Source: Chthoniobacterales bacterium
GTDB taxonomy: Bacteria > Verrucomicrobiota > Verrucomicrobiia > Chthoniobacterales > Chthoniobacteraceae
Reading direction: 5' to 3'
NCBI GenBank assembly: GCA_038207335.1
Contig: JBBQZX010000004.1
Coordinates: 64,001 to 128,000 of the forward strand
DNA: 64,000 nt
Numbering within the stretch: the first letter of the stretch is position 1; every line of letters begins with the position of its first letter. Positions 30,765-42,641 of the stretch are shown piece by piece. A program made the position numbers and the translations under genes. The notes beneath the pieces were generated by a model. The model saw only the letters and a program-made list of their open reading frames with translations, made no database searches and was not told the origin of the DNA.

Positions 30765-31262
30765 ATGTTGTACATAGCCAATCGTCATCGTGCTCAAAGC
30801 CCCGAGGCTCAACGCGCCCTCCACGCCGCGGATGGCTACCTCTACCTCAACATGGCGGATTATGCGCTGGAGGAACTCGAAGCGATCCCCGCTGACGAAA
30901 AAGCGTCCGCCTCTGTGCTGCTTGCGCGGACACGCGTGCTGCTGCATTTGCACAAATGGAAAGAGGCGGAAAAGCTTTCGGATCAAGGAACGAGGAGCCA
31001 TCCCGATGAGGATGAGTTCACGGTGCAGCGGGCATTTGCGCTGCATCAGATGCAGAAAGGCGAGCGTGCTGTGGAAGTGCTTTTAGCCGCGCCAGAGTGG
31101 CTGCGGCGAACGGGCATTTTGCATTACAATCTCGCGTGCTACGAGGCGCGACTCGGCGATCTTTCGACCGCTCGTGAGTGCATTGACGCGGCGATTCAGC
31201 TCAACTCCGCGATGAAAAAAAACGCACGCGTCGATCCGGATTTGCAGGCACTCTGGAACTGA
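30765..31262 (+). CDS. Small TPR protein
   Basis: Helical repeats; LHYNLACYEARLG...ARVDPDLQALW TPR-terminal motif. Confidence 0.8.
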   Translation: MLYIANRHRAQSPEAQRALHAADGYLYLNMADYALEELEAIPADEKASASVLLARTRVLLHLHKWKEAEKLSDQGTRSHPDEDEFTVQRAFALHQMQKGERAVEVLLAAPEWLRRTGILHYNLACYEARLGDLSTARECIDAAIQLNSAMKKNARVDPDLQALWN

Positions 31263-31305
31263 GCGGCTGATTTCTCCATTGTCGCACAGTGGTGGCAGTC
31301 CTCGA

Positions 31306-33122
<1,817 letters not shown>

Positions 33123-33126
<4 letters not shown>

Positions 33127-33947
33127 TCGGAATCGACCGGCTTCAGCTCGCGGATCCAGATGCTACGGTAGCGCTCTTTGTCGCCGTGATCCTGCAGGCG
33201 GAGCGGGCCTTTCTCGGGATGGACGTGGTACGTTCCGACCTGCTTGTGGGGCGTCTCGCCGGTGAGCTCCGTGTGGTTTTGAACGAGAACACCGTTGTGG
33301 AAGATAGTGGCGTAGGCGGGCGTCACCAGCTTCTCGCCGTCGAAGCGCGGACCGTTGAAAACGATGTCGTAGGTCTGCCATTGGCCCGGCGGCAGCGAGG
33401 CGTTCACGAGCGGCGGAGTCTGGCCATAAATCGCGGTCGCCTGGCCGTCGGGATAGGTCGGGTTTTCGTAGCAATCGAGCACTTGGATTTCGTATCGGCC
33501 GAACAGAAAGATGCCGCTGTTTCCCCTGCCCTGCCCCGAGCCTTTCGCAGGCACCGGTGCCGTCCATTCGACGTGAAGCTGCACGTCTGGACCGAACTCG
33601 TCCTTCGTCATGATGTCGCCGGTTTTGTTGATCTCCGCGTAGCCCTCCGCGACCGTCCACGCTGCTTCGTCACCGTTTCCCTTTTTCCATTTGGAAAGGT
33701 CTTTGCCATCGAAGAGCACGACTGCGTCGCTCGGCGGCGTGCCTGCTTTTTCCTGCGTCGGAAAGGTGCCGGGCGTGACGATTTTTGGCTGCGGCCGCTC
33801 GCCGTCGTGAACGTGCCATTTGCTGCCGGGAATGATCGGTGTGTCCTGGTAGCCGAGCGGGTGCTTGTCCTCCGCGAAGCCGCTTGGGATCAACGCTGCG
33901 GCGGATGTGGCGAGCGCGAGAAGGAGGGTTTTTGAATGAATTTTCAT
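33123..33947 (-). CDS. DUF1080 (3-keto-disaccharide hydrolase-like) exported protein
   Basis: Signal peptide; LFDGKDL, GNSGIF, YEIQVLD, GQWQTYDI, LQDHG. Confidence 0.88.
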
Positions 33948-33978
33948 GGCTTTGTTTTGAGGTTGAGAGGAGCGACGA

Positions 33979-34695
33979 TTACGCCGTTTCAGCCGCGGCT
34001 GGGGAAGCAGAATTCCGCGCGGTCTCGTGCAGCATCCGATTGATCGTTGCAGCTGCGTAGGCGGCTCCGAAGCCATTGTCGATATTCACGACTGTGACGC
34101 CGCTGCCGCAGCTCGTGAGCATTCCGAGCAAGGCTGCGAGTCCGTGAAAGCTTGCGCCGTAGCCGACGCTCGTTGGCACCGCAATGATCGGCCGAGTGAC
34201 GAGCCCGGCTACGGCACTGGGGAGCGCGCCCTCCATTCCGGCGATCACGATGAGCACGTTGCAGGCTTCGAGCCGCTCCCGCACCGCGAGCAGTCTGTGG
34301 ATTCCGGCGACGCCGACATCGGTGATGCGCTCGACGCGGTGGCCGAAGATTTCGAGCGTCACGGCGGCTTCGTCCGCGACGGGCAGGTCGGAAGTCCCCG
34401 CGCAAATCACCCCGATCGTGCCGTCCATTTTCGGCAGCGGTTGCTGCTCGACCGTGATGCAGCGAGCGCGCGCGTGCCACTGCGCGGCGGGAAATTTCAC
34501 TGCGAGGGCGGCGTGCTGCTCGGCGCGCGCTCGGCTCACGAGGAGCACATTTTCATGTTCTAAAATCGCGAGCCCGATCGCGGCGACTTCCTCAGGCGTT
34601 TTGCCATCGCCATACACGACCTCCGGAAAGCCGCAGCGGCGGCGGCGGTCGGTATCGACGCGCGCAAAACCGAGGTCGATGAACGGCTGCGGCAT
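33979..34695 (-). CDS. larB: Nickel-pincer cofactor biosynthesis carboxylase LarB (PurE-like)
   Basis: [55 protein letters not shown]. Confidence 0.9.
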   Translation of the reverse strand: MPQPFIDLGFARVDTDRRRRCGFPEVVYGDGKTPEEVAAIGLAILEHENVLLVSRARAEQHAALAVKFPAAQWHARARCITVEQQPLPKMDGTIGVICAGTSDLPVADEAAVTLEIFGHRVERITDVGVAGIHRLLAVRERLEACNVLIVIAGMEGALPSAVAGLVTRPIIAVPTSVGYGASFHGLAALLGMLTSCGSGVTVVNIDNGFGAAYAAATINRMLHETARNSASPAAAETA

Positions 34696-35171
34696 TATTG
34701 CTGCGCGTCGCTTTTAGAAAAAATCAGGCGCATTGGGATCATCGCAGACTCGACAAAACCGTGGGTACGGAAGAACCGCAGACCGTCGGCATTGATGCGG
34801 TCTGTCAGCAGCGTGATGCGTTTAAAATCCTTCTTCTTCGCATACTCGACGGCGTGCGAGAGCAGCCGCGCGCCGTATCCGTGGCCGCGATGATCGCGAT
34901 TAATGATGACATCTTCGAGCAGCACGACGAAGCCGCCCTCGGCGGTGCTGATCGTGATCAATAAATTGATCATTCCGACCGCGATGCCGCCCTGCCGCAG
35001 CACGAAAATGCGACCGCGGCTCGGGTCTTCGAGGATCAGCCGCAGCCCGCGCATCTGCTTCGCGCGGTCGGGCGTAAAGTCCGCCTCCTGCGTAAAAAGA
35101 TCGAAGAGCAGGTCGGTGAGCTGCGGCAAGTCTTCGATCGTCGCTTGCTCGATGGAAACGTCGTCGGTCAT
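34695..35171 (-). CDS. GNAT family N-acetyltransferase
   Basis: LEDVII...[11 protein letters not shown] acetyl-CoA motif A. Confidence 0.88.
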   Translation of the reverse strand: MTDDVSIEQATIEDLPQLTDLLFDLFTQEADFTPDRAKQMRGLRLILEDPSRGRIFVLRQGGIAVGMINLLITISTAEGGFVVLLEDVIINRDHRGHGYGARLLSHAVEYAKKKDFKRITLLTDRINADGLRFFRTHGFVESAMIPMRLIFSKSDAQQ

Positions 35172-35186
35172 GTCGCAGTGGGCGCG

Positions 35187-36839
35187 CTACTGGTCGAGCG
35201 CAGAGAGGATTTCCGCCTTCGGCACGCGGTCGGTGAATTCCGCAAACGTCTCGTCGCCGGTCTTCATGCGGTCATAGGTTTTCAGGAGCTTACCGATGAA
35301 AATGTGGACGTCTCTAGCGATGATCTTGCCTTTGAAAAGTTCGTTAAAGCGCCGCTTTTCGCCGAGCCGTCCGCCGATGAATGAGTCGTAAGCATCGACC
35401 ATGACGCCATCGACTTTTGTCCGCGCTCCGCGGAAGCCAATGTCGGCGATTTGATGCTGTCCGCACGAGCTCGGGCAGCCGCTAAAGTGGATGCGGATTT
35501 TGTTTTTATACCAGCCGCTCTGCGCCTCGAGTTGCTCGACGAGCAGCATCATCCGGTTCTTAGTTTCCGCGACGGCGAGGTTACAAAACTCGATGCCGGT
35601 GCAGCTCACGCAGCCTCTCCGGAAATTCGTCGGGCTATAGTCGAGCCCGAGCGCGTCGAGTTCGGTTTTCAGCGCCGGGAGGTTCATTTCCGGCACGTTG
35701 ATGATCAGCAGATTCTGCTTGTTCGTCAGTCGAATCGCGTCCCGACCGGGCGCGCAATATTTGCCGGCAAGCTCGCCGATTTTTCCGAGCACACCGTCGC
35801 GCAGTCGCCCGCCGGTGAAACAAATGCCGACCCAATAGAGATCGCCCTGCTTCTGCTTGTGGATGCCGAGATGATCGGCTTCCTGGTCACGCGGGATATC
35901 GGTGACGTCGTGACGATCGAGTTTGAAATCCAAGAACTCCTCGACCTTCTGCGCGAGGTGTTCGCCGCCGCCGTTCTCTTTCCCGCCGGCATTCCACCAA
36001 TCCTCGACGAGGAATTTGAACCGCGCGTTGTTGCGCTTCAGACGGTATCCGTGGTCACGGAAAATCGTACTCACTGCTTTGACGACGGGCCAGACCTGTT
36101 CCGGACGGATGAAGACTGGCAGACGTTTCGCGAGCTTTGGTGCGGAGGAAAGTCCGCCGCCGATCATGATTCCGTAGCCGCGTTCCTCGACGCCATCGAC
36201 GGTGCGCTTTTGTCCGAAAACCGAGCAGCAGTTGATGTCCGGTTGCGCGCAATTGATGCAGCAGCCAGCGATGCTGATTTTGTATTTCCGCGGCAGATTG
36301 GAAAACTCGCGATTGTCCGTCATCGCATCGGAGACCTCGTGAAGCTGAGGATTTCCGTCGATGAATTCCTCTGGATCGATGCCCGCGACAGGGCAGCCAA
36401 CGACGTTGCGCGTGTCGTCGCCACATGCGCCGCTGGTCGTCATGCCGACCGATTGCAACTCGGCGAAAATCACCGGGATGTCCTCGATTTTCAGCCAGTG
36501 AAACTGAATCGTCTGGCGCGTGGTGATGTCGCTGAATCCATGTCCGAAGCGGTCTCCGAGCTCACTGAGCTTCTGCGCCTGTGCGGCGTTCACCTGCCCG
36601 CCCGGCACCTTGATCCGCATCATGAAAAAGCCGCTTTCCTTCGGCTTCTGGCGATACACGCCGTACCATTTCATCCGGTCGAAATCGCCCGGATCGATCG
36701 AGGCGAAGCCCGTTTTCGCGTAGCGATAAATGTCGTGAATGACGTCGAGGCCGTCCTTGTCCATTTTGAGCTGCTCCATCGGCGTGATGGGAATGAGGCC
36801 CTGCTTGACGGCTGCGAAATTCGGCTGGATGTCGATCAT
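35187..36839 (-). CDS. Siroheme/[4Fe-4S] ferredoxin-type nitrite/sulfite reductase
   Basis: ITTRQTIQFH, LPRKYKI, CVSCTGIEFCNLA, SGCPSSCGQH; substrate cannot be decided by eye. Confidence 0.9.
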   Translation of the reverse strand: MIDIQPNFAAVKQGLIPITPMEQLKMDKDGLDVIHDIYRYAKTGFASIDPGDFDRMKWYGVYRQKPKESGFFMMRIKVPGGQVNAAQAQKLSELGDRFGHGFSDITTRQTIQFHWLKIEDIPVIFAELQSVGMTTSGACGDDTRNVVGCPVAGIDPEEFIDGNPQLHEVSDAMTDNREFSNLPRKYKISIAGCCINCAQPDINCCSVFGQKRTVDGVEERGYGIMIGGGLSSAPKLAKRLPVFIRPEQVWPVVKAVSTIFRDHGYRLKRNNARFKFLVEDWWNAGGKENGGGEHLAQKVEEFLDFKLDRHDVTDIPRDQEADHLGIHKQKQGDLYWVGICFTGGRLRDGVLGKIGELAGKYCAPGRDAIRLTNKQNLLIINVPEMNLPALKTELDALGLDYSPTNFRRGCVSCTGIEFCNLAVAETKNRMMLLVEQLEAQSGWYKNKIRIHFSGCPSSCGQHQIADIGFRGARTKVDGVMVDAYDSFIGGRLGEKRRFNELFKGKIIARDVHIFIGKLLKTYDRMKTGDETFAEFTDRVPKAEILSALDQ

Positions 36840-36965
36840 GTCTGGCAAAAAAAGTCGGCAATTTTAAGGACGGAACCTCGTTTTGCAATCCAAAAGCCAG
36901 AGGAAGAACATCCAGACAAACCCCAATTGGCACCCGCGCCGGTGCGCTTACACTGCCCCGAACGG

Positions 36966-37232
36966 ATGAGAATCTTTCGAACACGGGCTTACTGCCGGCG
37001 ATGCAAACACCAACAGATGTTCGTGCGGGTGAAGATGCGGCACGGATTGCATCTTTTGATCACGGTGCTGACGGGCGGGCTCTGGGCGGTGAGTTGGGTG
37101 TCGATGTGGTTGGGGACAATTTTTCGCCCGTGGAGGTGTGAACATTGTGGCTGGCACGATCCGCAGTTTGCCGCAAAGCCATCGCACGAATCCCGAGATG
37201 TTTTGGGGGACGAGTCGCGCCGAGTTTCGTAG
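36966..37232 (+). CDS. Small LITAF-like zinc-ribbon membrane protein (88 aa)
   Basis: CRRC...hydrophobic HLLITVLTGGLWAVSW...WRCEHCG; hidden at the 3' end of shadow ORF 35451-37232. Confidence 0.7.
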   Translation: MRIFRTRAYCRRCKHQQMFVRVKMRHGLHLLITVLTGGLWAVSWVSMWLGTIFRPWRCEHCGWHDPQFAAKPSHESRDVLGDESRRVS

Positions 37233-37238
37233 CGGTCG

Positions 37239-37868
37239 TCACCGGTTTTCGCCGGCTTTGTCGCGGAGAAAATCGGCGGCCATTTCGCGCACCTCGTGAT
37301 CGGGATCGCGGAGCGCTCCGCGGATAAGGGCGATCGCGCGAGGGTCGTCATCGTCGTCGAGTTGGGTGAGGGCGGATTCCCGCACGAGTTTCGGCTGAGG
37401 CGGCGCGACGGCGAGCGCGAGCAGCGTGAGCTTCTTTTCGCCGTGCAACTGCCCATCCATGTCGGCGAGCACTTCGAGCACCTTCATTTTGAAGTCGAAC
37501 CGCTTCTCCGTGCGAAAAATACGCATGAGCGAGTCGAGCGTATCAGGGGCATCCGACAAGCCGAGAAGGCGTAGGATTTCCATCCGATCGTCGAGCGTGG
37601 TGGCACTGGAAAAATAGCGGCGCTCAAGCGACCGCGGGCTTTCATCGACCTCGACGATAGCCATTTTCGGCAACGCCGCTGGGGTGGAAACGGGCTCGAC
37701 AATCTTCGGAGGAGATTGGGCCGGAGCGGGCCCAGGGGACGCGGGAGCGACTCGATCTTGCCGAGGAGTGGACGGCTGGCCTGGGGTCGCGATTTTCCTC
37801 TCGCAGCCGAACATGCAGATTGCAGCCGCAAGTGACAGGCCGGCGTATCGGGTGGAAAAGAAAGACAT
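37239..37868 (-). CDS. HEAT-repeat putative lipoprotein
   Basis: Lipobox-like MFGC; Pro-rich linker; VRESAL and LRDPDHEVREMAA HEAT repeats. Confidence 0.7.
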   Translation of the reverse strand: MSFFSTRYAGLSLAAAICMFGCERKIATPGQPSTPRQDRVAPASPGPAPAQSPPKIVEPVSTPAALPKMAIVEVDESPRSLERRYFSSATTLDDRMEILRLLGLSDAPDTLDSLMRIFRTEKRFDFKMKVLEVLADMDGQLHGEKKLTLLALAVAPPQPKLVRESALTQLDDDDDPRAIALIRGALRDPDHEVREMAADFLRDKAGENR

Positions 37869-37992
37869 GGACACAAATTTGGATTGACGCGCATCAGTCC
37901 CGTCGAGTTCAAAAGATACGTGGTTTCCCGGGCCCGGGGGGCCACTCAAAATGAACTCGCTAAGGCCAAGTGAAATGCAGTCGATTTACCTC

Positions 37993-39366
37993 ATGAAAAC
38001 CAAACGCATCTGTCAGTCGCTTATCTCCGCCGCAGCGCTTTCGCTCGGCGCCGCGCTCATCCCGGGCGCCACTGTCTTCGCCGCCGATCATGGCGACGGT
38101 CCCACGATCGCTTACGATCAGGCCGCCGACATCGCGGATGTTTATTTCTTCCTCGATCCGAACGACACTGCGAGGGCGGTGCTCATCGGCACTACCCACG
38201 GCTTTATCGTGCCCGGCGAGGCGTCGAATTTCGGAACATTCGATCCCGTCATCCGCTATCGCTTCGAGGTTTACAGCAAGCATGTGAACGTCGATCCGCC
38301 AGCTCCGACCGATAAGTCGGGGTTCAAGAAATACTTGAATACTGTCAAACCGGATAAATTCATCGACGTGACTTTTTCGCCACGGATCGCGAATCCTGGT
38401 CCGGCAGGCGCGGAAGCGCTTCAAGTTCTCGCGCCTCAAACAGCGACTCTGCAATTCACCGGCTTTTCGGGCATCAACAAAAAGACGAAATTCACGGCGG
38501 ATGCGACGAATCCGACCCTCGGATCGACGGAACTGCCGGCGACCATCACGCGAGTCGCGGGAGACGCTGCGGTGGACTTTTTCGCTGGAGAAACGGATGA
38601 CCCGTTCTTCTTCGATGTCCCGGCGTTCTCCGCGTTCATCAAGAGCGTCCGCGATGGCGCCCCGAACGGTGGAGTCTTCTCGCGGGGGCGCGACACGTTC
38701 GCTGGATACAATGTCATGACGATCGCGATCAGCATCCCCGCGGCTCTGCTGCGTGACGGTGTGACTGGGGACGACAAGGTCGGGCTCAACTTCCTGACGC
38801 AGCGGCATTTCATCCAATCGCCCACCAAGGACGGCACCGTGAAAGGCGTCGCGGGTTACAAGACGATTGATCGCGAAGGCAATCCCGCCGTCAACGCCGT
38901 GCTCATCCCGGCCAACCGGAAGAACAAATACAATGTCGCGACGCCGAAAGACGACGCGTCGCTGATCTTTGCACTTGATGAGCCCACCAAGAAGGGCGTC
39001 GCCGGCGAGCCGGGACTCCTCACAGTGTTTGCGAATCTCGGCGTTGTCGGCGGTCCATTCGACGGCTTCGGTGCCAGCAGTGCGGGAACCCTCGCGGCGC
39101 TCGCAGTCCTGCACGGCGACGTATTGACGCTCAACACGAATCCCGCAGCGGCACCCGGCTTCCCGAATGGCCGCCGTGTTCAGGACGACGTCGTCGATAC
39201 GCTGCTCTCCGTCGTCAGCAATGGCGCGCTGACACCGCAGACGTCGATGGCAGCCGGTGGCGACAATGTCCTCGGCAACGATGTCCCGTTCCGCACGGTG
39301 TTCCCGTTTGTCGCGCCGCCGCAGCAGCCGCGGGCCTCTGGAGTGGACGATAACACGCGCAACTAA
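37993..39366 (+). CDS. DUF4331 family exported protein
   Basis: AADHGDGP...DIADVY, DDPFFFD, DTFAGYNV, GFPNGRR..DDVVD. Confidence 0.85.
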   Translation: MKTKRICQSLISAAALSLGAALIPGATVFAADHGDGPTIAYDQAADIADVYFFLDPNDTARAVLIGTTHGFIVPGEASNFGTFDPVIRYRFEVYSKHVNVDPPAPTDKSGFKKYLNTVKPDKFIDVTFSPRIANPGPAGAEALQVLAPQTATLQFTGFSGINKKTKFTADATNPTLGSTELPATITRVAGDAAVDFFAGETDDPFFFDVPAFSAFIKSVRDGAPNGGVFSRGRDTFAGYNVMTIAISIPAALLRDGVTGDDKVGLNFLTQRHFIQSPTKDGTVKGVAGYKTIDREGNPAVNAVLIPANRKNKYNVATPKDDASLIFALDEPTKKGVAGEPGLLTVFANLGVVGGPFDGFGASSAGTLAALAVLHGDVLTLNTNPAAAPGFPNGRRVQDDVVDTLLSVVSNGALTPQTSMAAGGDNVLGNDVPFRTVFPFVAPPQQPRASGVDDNTRN

Positions 39367-39380
39367 CCGCCCGAAAATCC

Positions 39381-39416
39381 AGCCGCGCCGGTTGCCTCGC
39401 AGCCGGCGCGGTTTTC
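39381..39416 (+). terminator. Stem-loop (terminator or stabiliser) after DUF4331
   Basis: AGCCGCGCCGGTTGC-CTC-GCAGCCGGCGCGGTT (with G-U pairs) followed by a short T run. Confidence 0.55.
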
Positions 39417-39436
39417 ATGTACGCCCATCGCGTTCC

Positions 39437-40600
39437 GTGCAACAAATAACCTCAAAGCGACTCGTCGCTCTCCTCTTTCTCTTCTTTCTCCTCTTTTTCT
39501 CTCTGCGCGCATCGGCTCATCCAGTCGCGCAGGGAGCGATGGACCTCGTCATTCATCCCGATAAAATCACGCTCCATGCGCGCGTCGCGAATGAGCAGGC
39601 ATTCATCGCGGAGGTCTTCGCCACAAGTGCGCCGGAGGATGCGGGGCTCACGGATTTGTGGAAGCGGCACGGCGCTTACATGCTCGAGCATGTCTTCCTC
39701 GATGCGGACCGCACGCGGCTCTCCGGGCATCTCACCTCGGTCACGCCGCCCGTCAATACCACCGCCGCCGCGCGGGTTTCCTACGACTTCGATTTTACAC
39801 TGCCGCCCGGAAAGACGCAGCCCGCCGCGATCCATCTGGGCGAAGACGTGCTGAATGAAATCGAGTTCGCTCCCGGCAATCGCTGGGAAGCCAGCTACGT
39901 CGTCAGCATCACCACCGAGCGCGGCGGCGGCAGCGAAGCACTCCTGCTCACCTCGAAGCAGCCCATCGACTTTCACCCCGACTACGCTCCCACCGCCGCC
40001 GCGGCGCCGCGACTCGACCAACTCGCGCTCGCACGCGCATATCTCTGGCACGGGATCATGCACATCCTCACCGGATACGATCACCTGCTCTTCATGGCCG
40101 CGCTCGTGCTCGCCACGATCACCATCTGGGATTTGTTGAAAGTGGTCACTGCGTTTACGCTCGCGCACACGATCACGCTCACGCTTTCCGTGCTGAATAT
40201 CGTCCGGCTCCCGAGCCACATCGTGGAGCCGATGATCGCCGCCAGCATCGTCGTCGTCGCGCTGCAAAATGTCTTTTGGCCCGAGCGCAGCCGCGGCGCG
40301 GGACGGCTCGCCATCGCTTTCGGTTTCGGGCTTTTCCACGGCCTCGGCTTCGCAGGCGGGCTGCTCGACGCCATGTCCGACCTGCCCGGCGTCGCTGTCG
40401 CCACAGCTATCGTGGCCTTCAGCATCGGCGTTGAAATCGGGCATCAAGCCGTCGTGCTGCCGATCTTTTTTGGATTGAAATTCTGGCATCTCCCGGCTCC
40501 GAAACCCGGCGAGAGCCGCCTCGCGAATCCTGTCCTCCGCACCGGCTCCGGGCTCATCTGCGCAGCAGGCGTCGTCTATCTCGTCGCCGCGCTGCGGTAG
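39437..40600 (+). CDS. HupE/UreJ family membrane protein
   Basis: Signal peptide ending SAH; HILTGYDHLLF, TAFTLAHTITL, FGLFHGLGFA, GVEIGH. Confidence 0.88.
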   Translation: MQQITSKRLVALLFLFFLLFFSLRASAHPVAQGAMDLVIHPDKITLHARVANEQAFIAEVFATSAPEDAGLTDLWKRHGAYMLEHVFLDADRTRLSGHLTSVTPPVNTTAAARVSYDFDFTLPPGKTQPAAIHLGEDVLNEIEFAPGNRWEASYVVSITTERGGGSEALLLTSKQPIDFHPDYAPTAAAAPRLDQLALARAYLWHGIMHILTGYDHLLFMAALVLATITIWDLLKVVTAFTLAHTITLTLSVLNIVRLPSHIVEPMIAASIVVVALQNVFWPERSRGAGRLAIAFGFGLFHGLGFAGGLLDAMSDLPGVAVATAIVAFSIGVEIGHQAVVLPIFFGLKFWHLPAPKPGESRLANPVLRTGSGLICAAGVVYLVAALR

Positions 40601-40601
40601 C

Positions 40602-41180
40602 TCACTTCACCACCAAGTCGTCTTCGGTCCACATTTTGCGGTCGGGGCCGGCGGAGTGGATTTCCATTTCGGTGCCGCTCAGCTGGTGGAAAAAGTAGGG
40701 CGTGTTCCAGCGGTCGATCATCTCGCCAGCGGCGTTCAGGCTGCTGCCGGGAGGAAGCGGGAGTTTGAGTTGCTTCGGGTTATCGCCCAGCAGCGCATGC
40801 GTGATTTCGGCGTTGGTGCCGACGGGATTGAGCCGGTTGGCGGTGCGGAAGTCCCGGAATGTGGTCTGGATTTCGTCGAGGTCGGCTTGGACGACGGCGA
40901 GGGGGATTTGTTTCCCAGGCGGCGGCAGGAGATCGGCAGGTGCGGCAGGCGCGGGGTTTTGAGATATTTCTTGCGCATCGGAACCAGTCGCTTTCTCCCC
41001 ATCCGAAGCAGGGAGTGAAACGGGTGCCGGTGCAGATGATTGCCCAAGAACCTTGTCTGTCACAGCTTTCGCAGGCGGTTCGACGCGCGCAGGAGCGGGA
41101 GAACTCGGCTGAGCGATATACCAGAAAAGCAGCGTCGCCGCGGCGAGTGCGATTAGGATGGCGAGTTTGCGCGCGTCCAT
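40602..41180 (-). CDS. Membrane-anchored protein with GspG/pseudopilin-like C-terminal domain
   Basis: N-terminal TM; Pro/Ala linker; DRWNTPYFF...EIHSAGPDRKMWTEDD resembles the T2SS-G C-terminus. Confidence 0.65.
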   Translation of the reverse strand: MDARKLAILIALAAATLLFWYIAQPSSPAPARVEPPAKAVTDKVLGQSSAPAPVSLPASDGEKATGSDAQEISQNPAPAAPADLLPPPGKQIPLAVVQADLDEIQTTFRDFRTANRLNPVGTNAEITHALLGDNPKQLKLPLPPGSSLNAAGEMIDRWNTPYFFHQLSGTEMEIHSAGPDRKMWTEDDLVVK

Positions 41181-41189
41181 GCGCCGGGC

Positions 41190-42635
41190 TTAGAGCATGA
41201 AGCCGAGATTTTTCGTCGCGAAGCGCCCGACGTTTGGAAAGACTGCGTCGAGGTCGGAGGCACCGACTCCGAACCAACTGGCGAGCGTCGCACTGTATTG
41301 GTCGATGCTCGTCCGCGGAATCCACCGGCCTGTGCTCGTGTCATCGGGGCCGTTGATTTGCTGGACGGGGAATGTGCCGAACGTCCGCTTTCCATTCACC
41401 GCGCCTCCGACGATGAGGTGGTGGCTACCCCAACCGTGGTCGCTCCCCTGCCCGTTCGTCGGGAACGTGCGACCGAAATCGCTCGCGGTGAACGCCGTCA
41501 CTTTTTCGCCGATCGTGAGCTGCTCCATCGCGCGCTGGAATGCGAAAACGCTCTTGCTGATTTCGCCGAGAAGGTTCGCGTGCGAGCCGGTGAGCGGATT
41601 GTAGTTCGGGCCGTTCGGATCGGTGACCTGCGAGGTGTGCGTGTCGTACCCGCCGACGGAAACGAAGAAAATCTGGCGGCTCATGTTCAGCGCCGCGCGC
41701 GCCTGGATCAGCCGCGCGACCATTTTGAGCTGATTTCCGAGCGTCGTGTTGGGGAATGTGTTCGTCCAATAATTCGCGGCGGCGCTCGGCGCGATCGCAT
41801 TATTGAGCAGGTCGCCGGTGTCGATGGCGCGGCCGGTCACGTCGGCGATTGCCTGCCGCTGGAGATTCACGCTGCTCACGGCGAGCACGTCCTTCAGCGC
41901 CTGCAGCCGCGAGCCAGTCACACCGCTGACTGTAACCGCGCCGCCAGTCGAGACGTGGTATTGCTGAAAGACGTCGCCGACTTCAAAGGTGTTCGCGCCC
42001 GCCAGCGAGGTGCAGAGCGAGATTTTCGCGCTGTTCGCGGTCGGCGCGCCGTCGGCGGCGAGCTGGTATTGCAGCGGATGCAGACGGTCCGCGATTCGCC
42101 CGCCCCAGCCGCTTTTCGGCGGCTGATCGGGGATCGAGGTCTGCCACTGCGTGACTTGGTCGCTGTGGGAAAATAACTGCGGGGGAGTTGGGATGCTTTT
42201 CGCCTGATACTGCGCGCGAGTGATCGGGTAGAGCAGCGTGCCAGCATTGAAAAGGGTGGCGCACTTTTGCTCCGCGAAAAGGGTCTGAAGCTCAGTGCAG
42301 CTCGGGTGCAGGCCGTAGTCGTGGCCGTCGGGATTCAGCGACGGGATTGGCAGCAGCGCGCCCTGTGGGATCGCGAGATTTTGACGAATCGCGGAGTAGT
42401 TCGAGTAGTCGTTTGCGCCGATGGGGATGATGAGGTTGTTCGAGTCGTTGCCTCCGCTGAGGAAGATGCAGACGAGCGCCTTGTAGTCGGTGAACGTCGT
42501 CTGCGCGGCAGCGGTGCTGATGAGGCGCAAGTCCTTGAGCGCGGAGGTGAGACCGAGTGTGCCCAGCGCGGCGCATGAAGCCTGCCGGATAAATGCGCGG
42601 CGCGTGCCGAGATGGGAGAACTCTGTGGATTTCAT
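41190..42635 (-). CDS. DUF1501 family protein, Tat-exported
   Basis: TRRAFI twin-arginine motif; LVCIFLSGGNDS, FSHSDQ, GGYDTH, SDFGRT, GSDHGWG. Confidence 0.9.
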   Translation of the reverse strand: MKSTEFSHLGTRRAFIRQASCAALGTLGLTSALKDLRLISTAAAQTTFTDYKALVCIFLSGGNDSNNLIIPIGANDYSNYSAIRQNLAIPQGALLPIPSLNPDGHDYGLHPSCTELQTLFAEQKCATLFNAGTLLYPITRAQYQAKSIPTPPQLFSHSDQVTQWQTSIPDQPPKSGWGGRIADRLHPLQYQLAADGAPTANSAKISLCTSLAGANTFEVGDVFQQYHVSTGGAVTVSGVTGSRLQALKDVLAVSSVNLQRQAIADVTGRAIDTGDLLNNAIAPSAAANYWTNTFPNTTLGNQLKMVARLIQARAALNMSRQIFFVSVGGYDTHTSQVTDPNGPNYNPLTGSHANLLGEISKSVFAFQRAMEQLTIGEKVTAFTASDFGRTFPTNGQGSDHGWGSHHLIVGGAVNGKRTFGTFPVQQINGPDDTSTGRWIPRTSIDQYSATLASWFGVGASDLDAVFPNVGRFATKNLGFML

Positions 42636-42641
42636 GCGCGG

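Noticed and set aside
36928..36945. TGGCAC as a sigma-54 promoter (also TGGCAT near 9284)
   Set aside because: No GC at the required GG-N10-GC spacing
39468..39504. Polypyrimidine tract
   Set aside because: Explained by Leu/Phe codons of the HupE signal peptide
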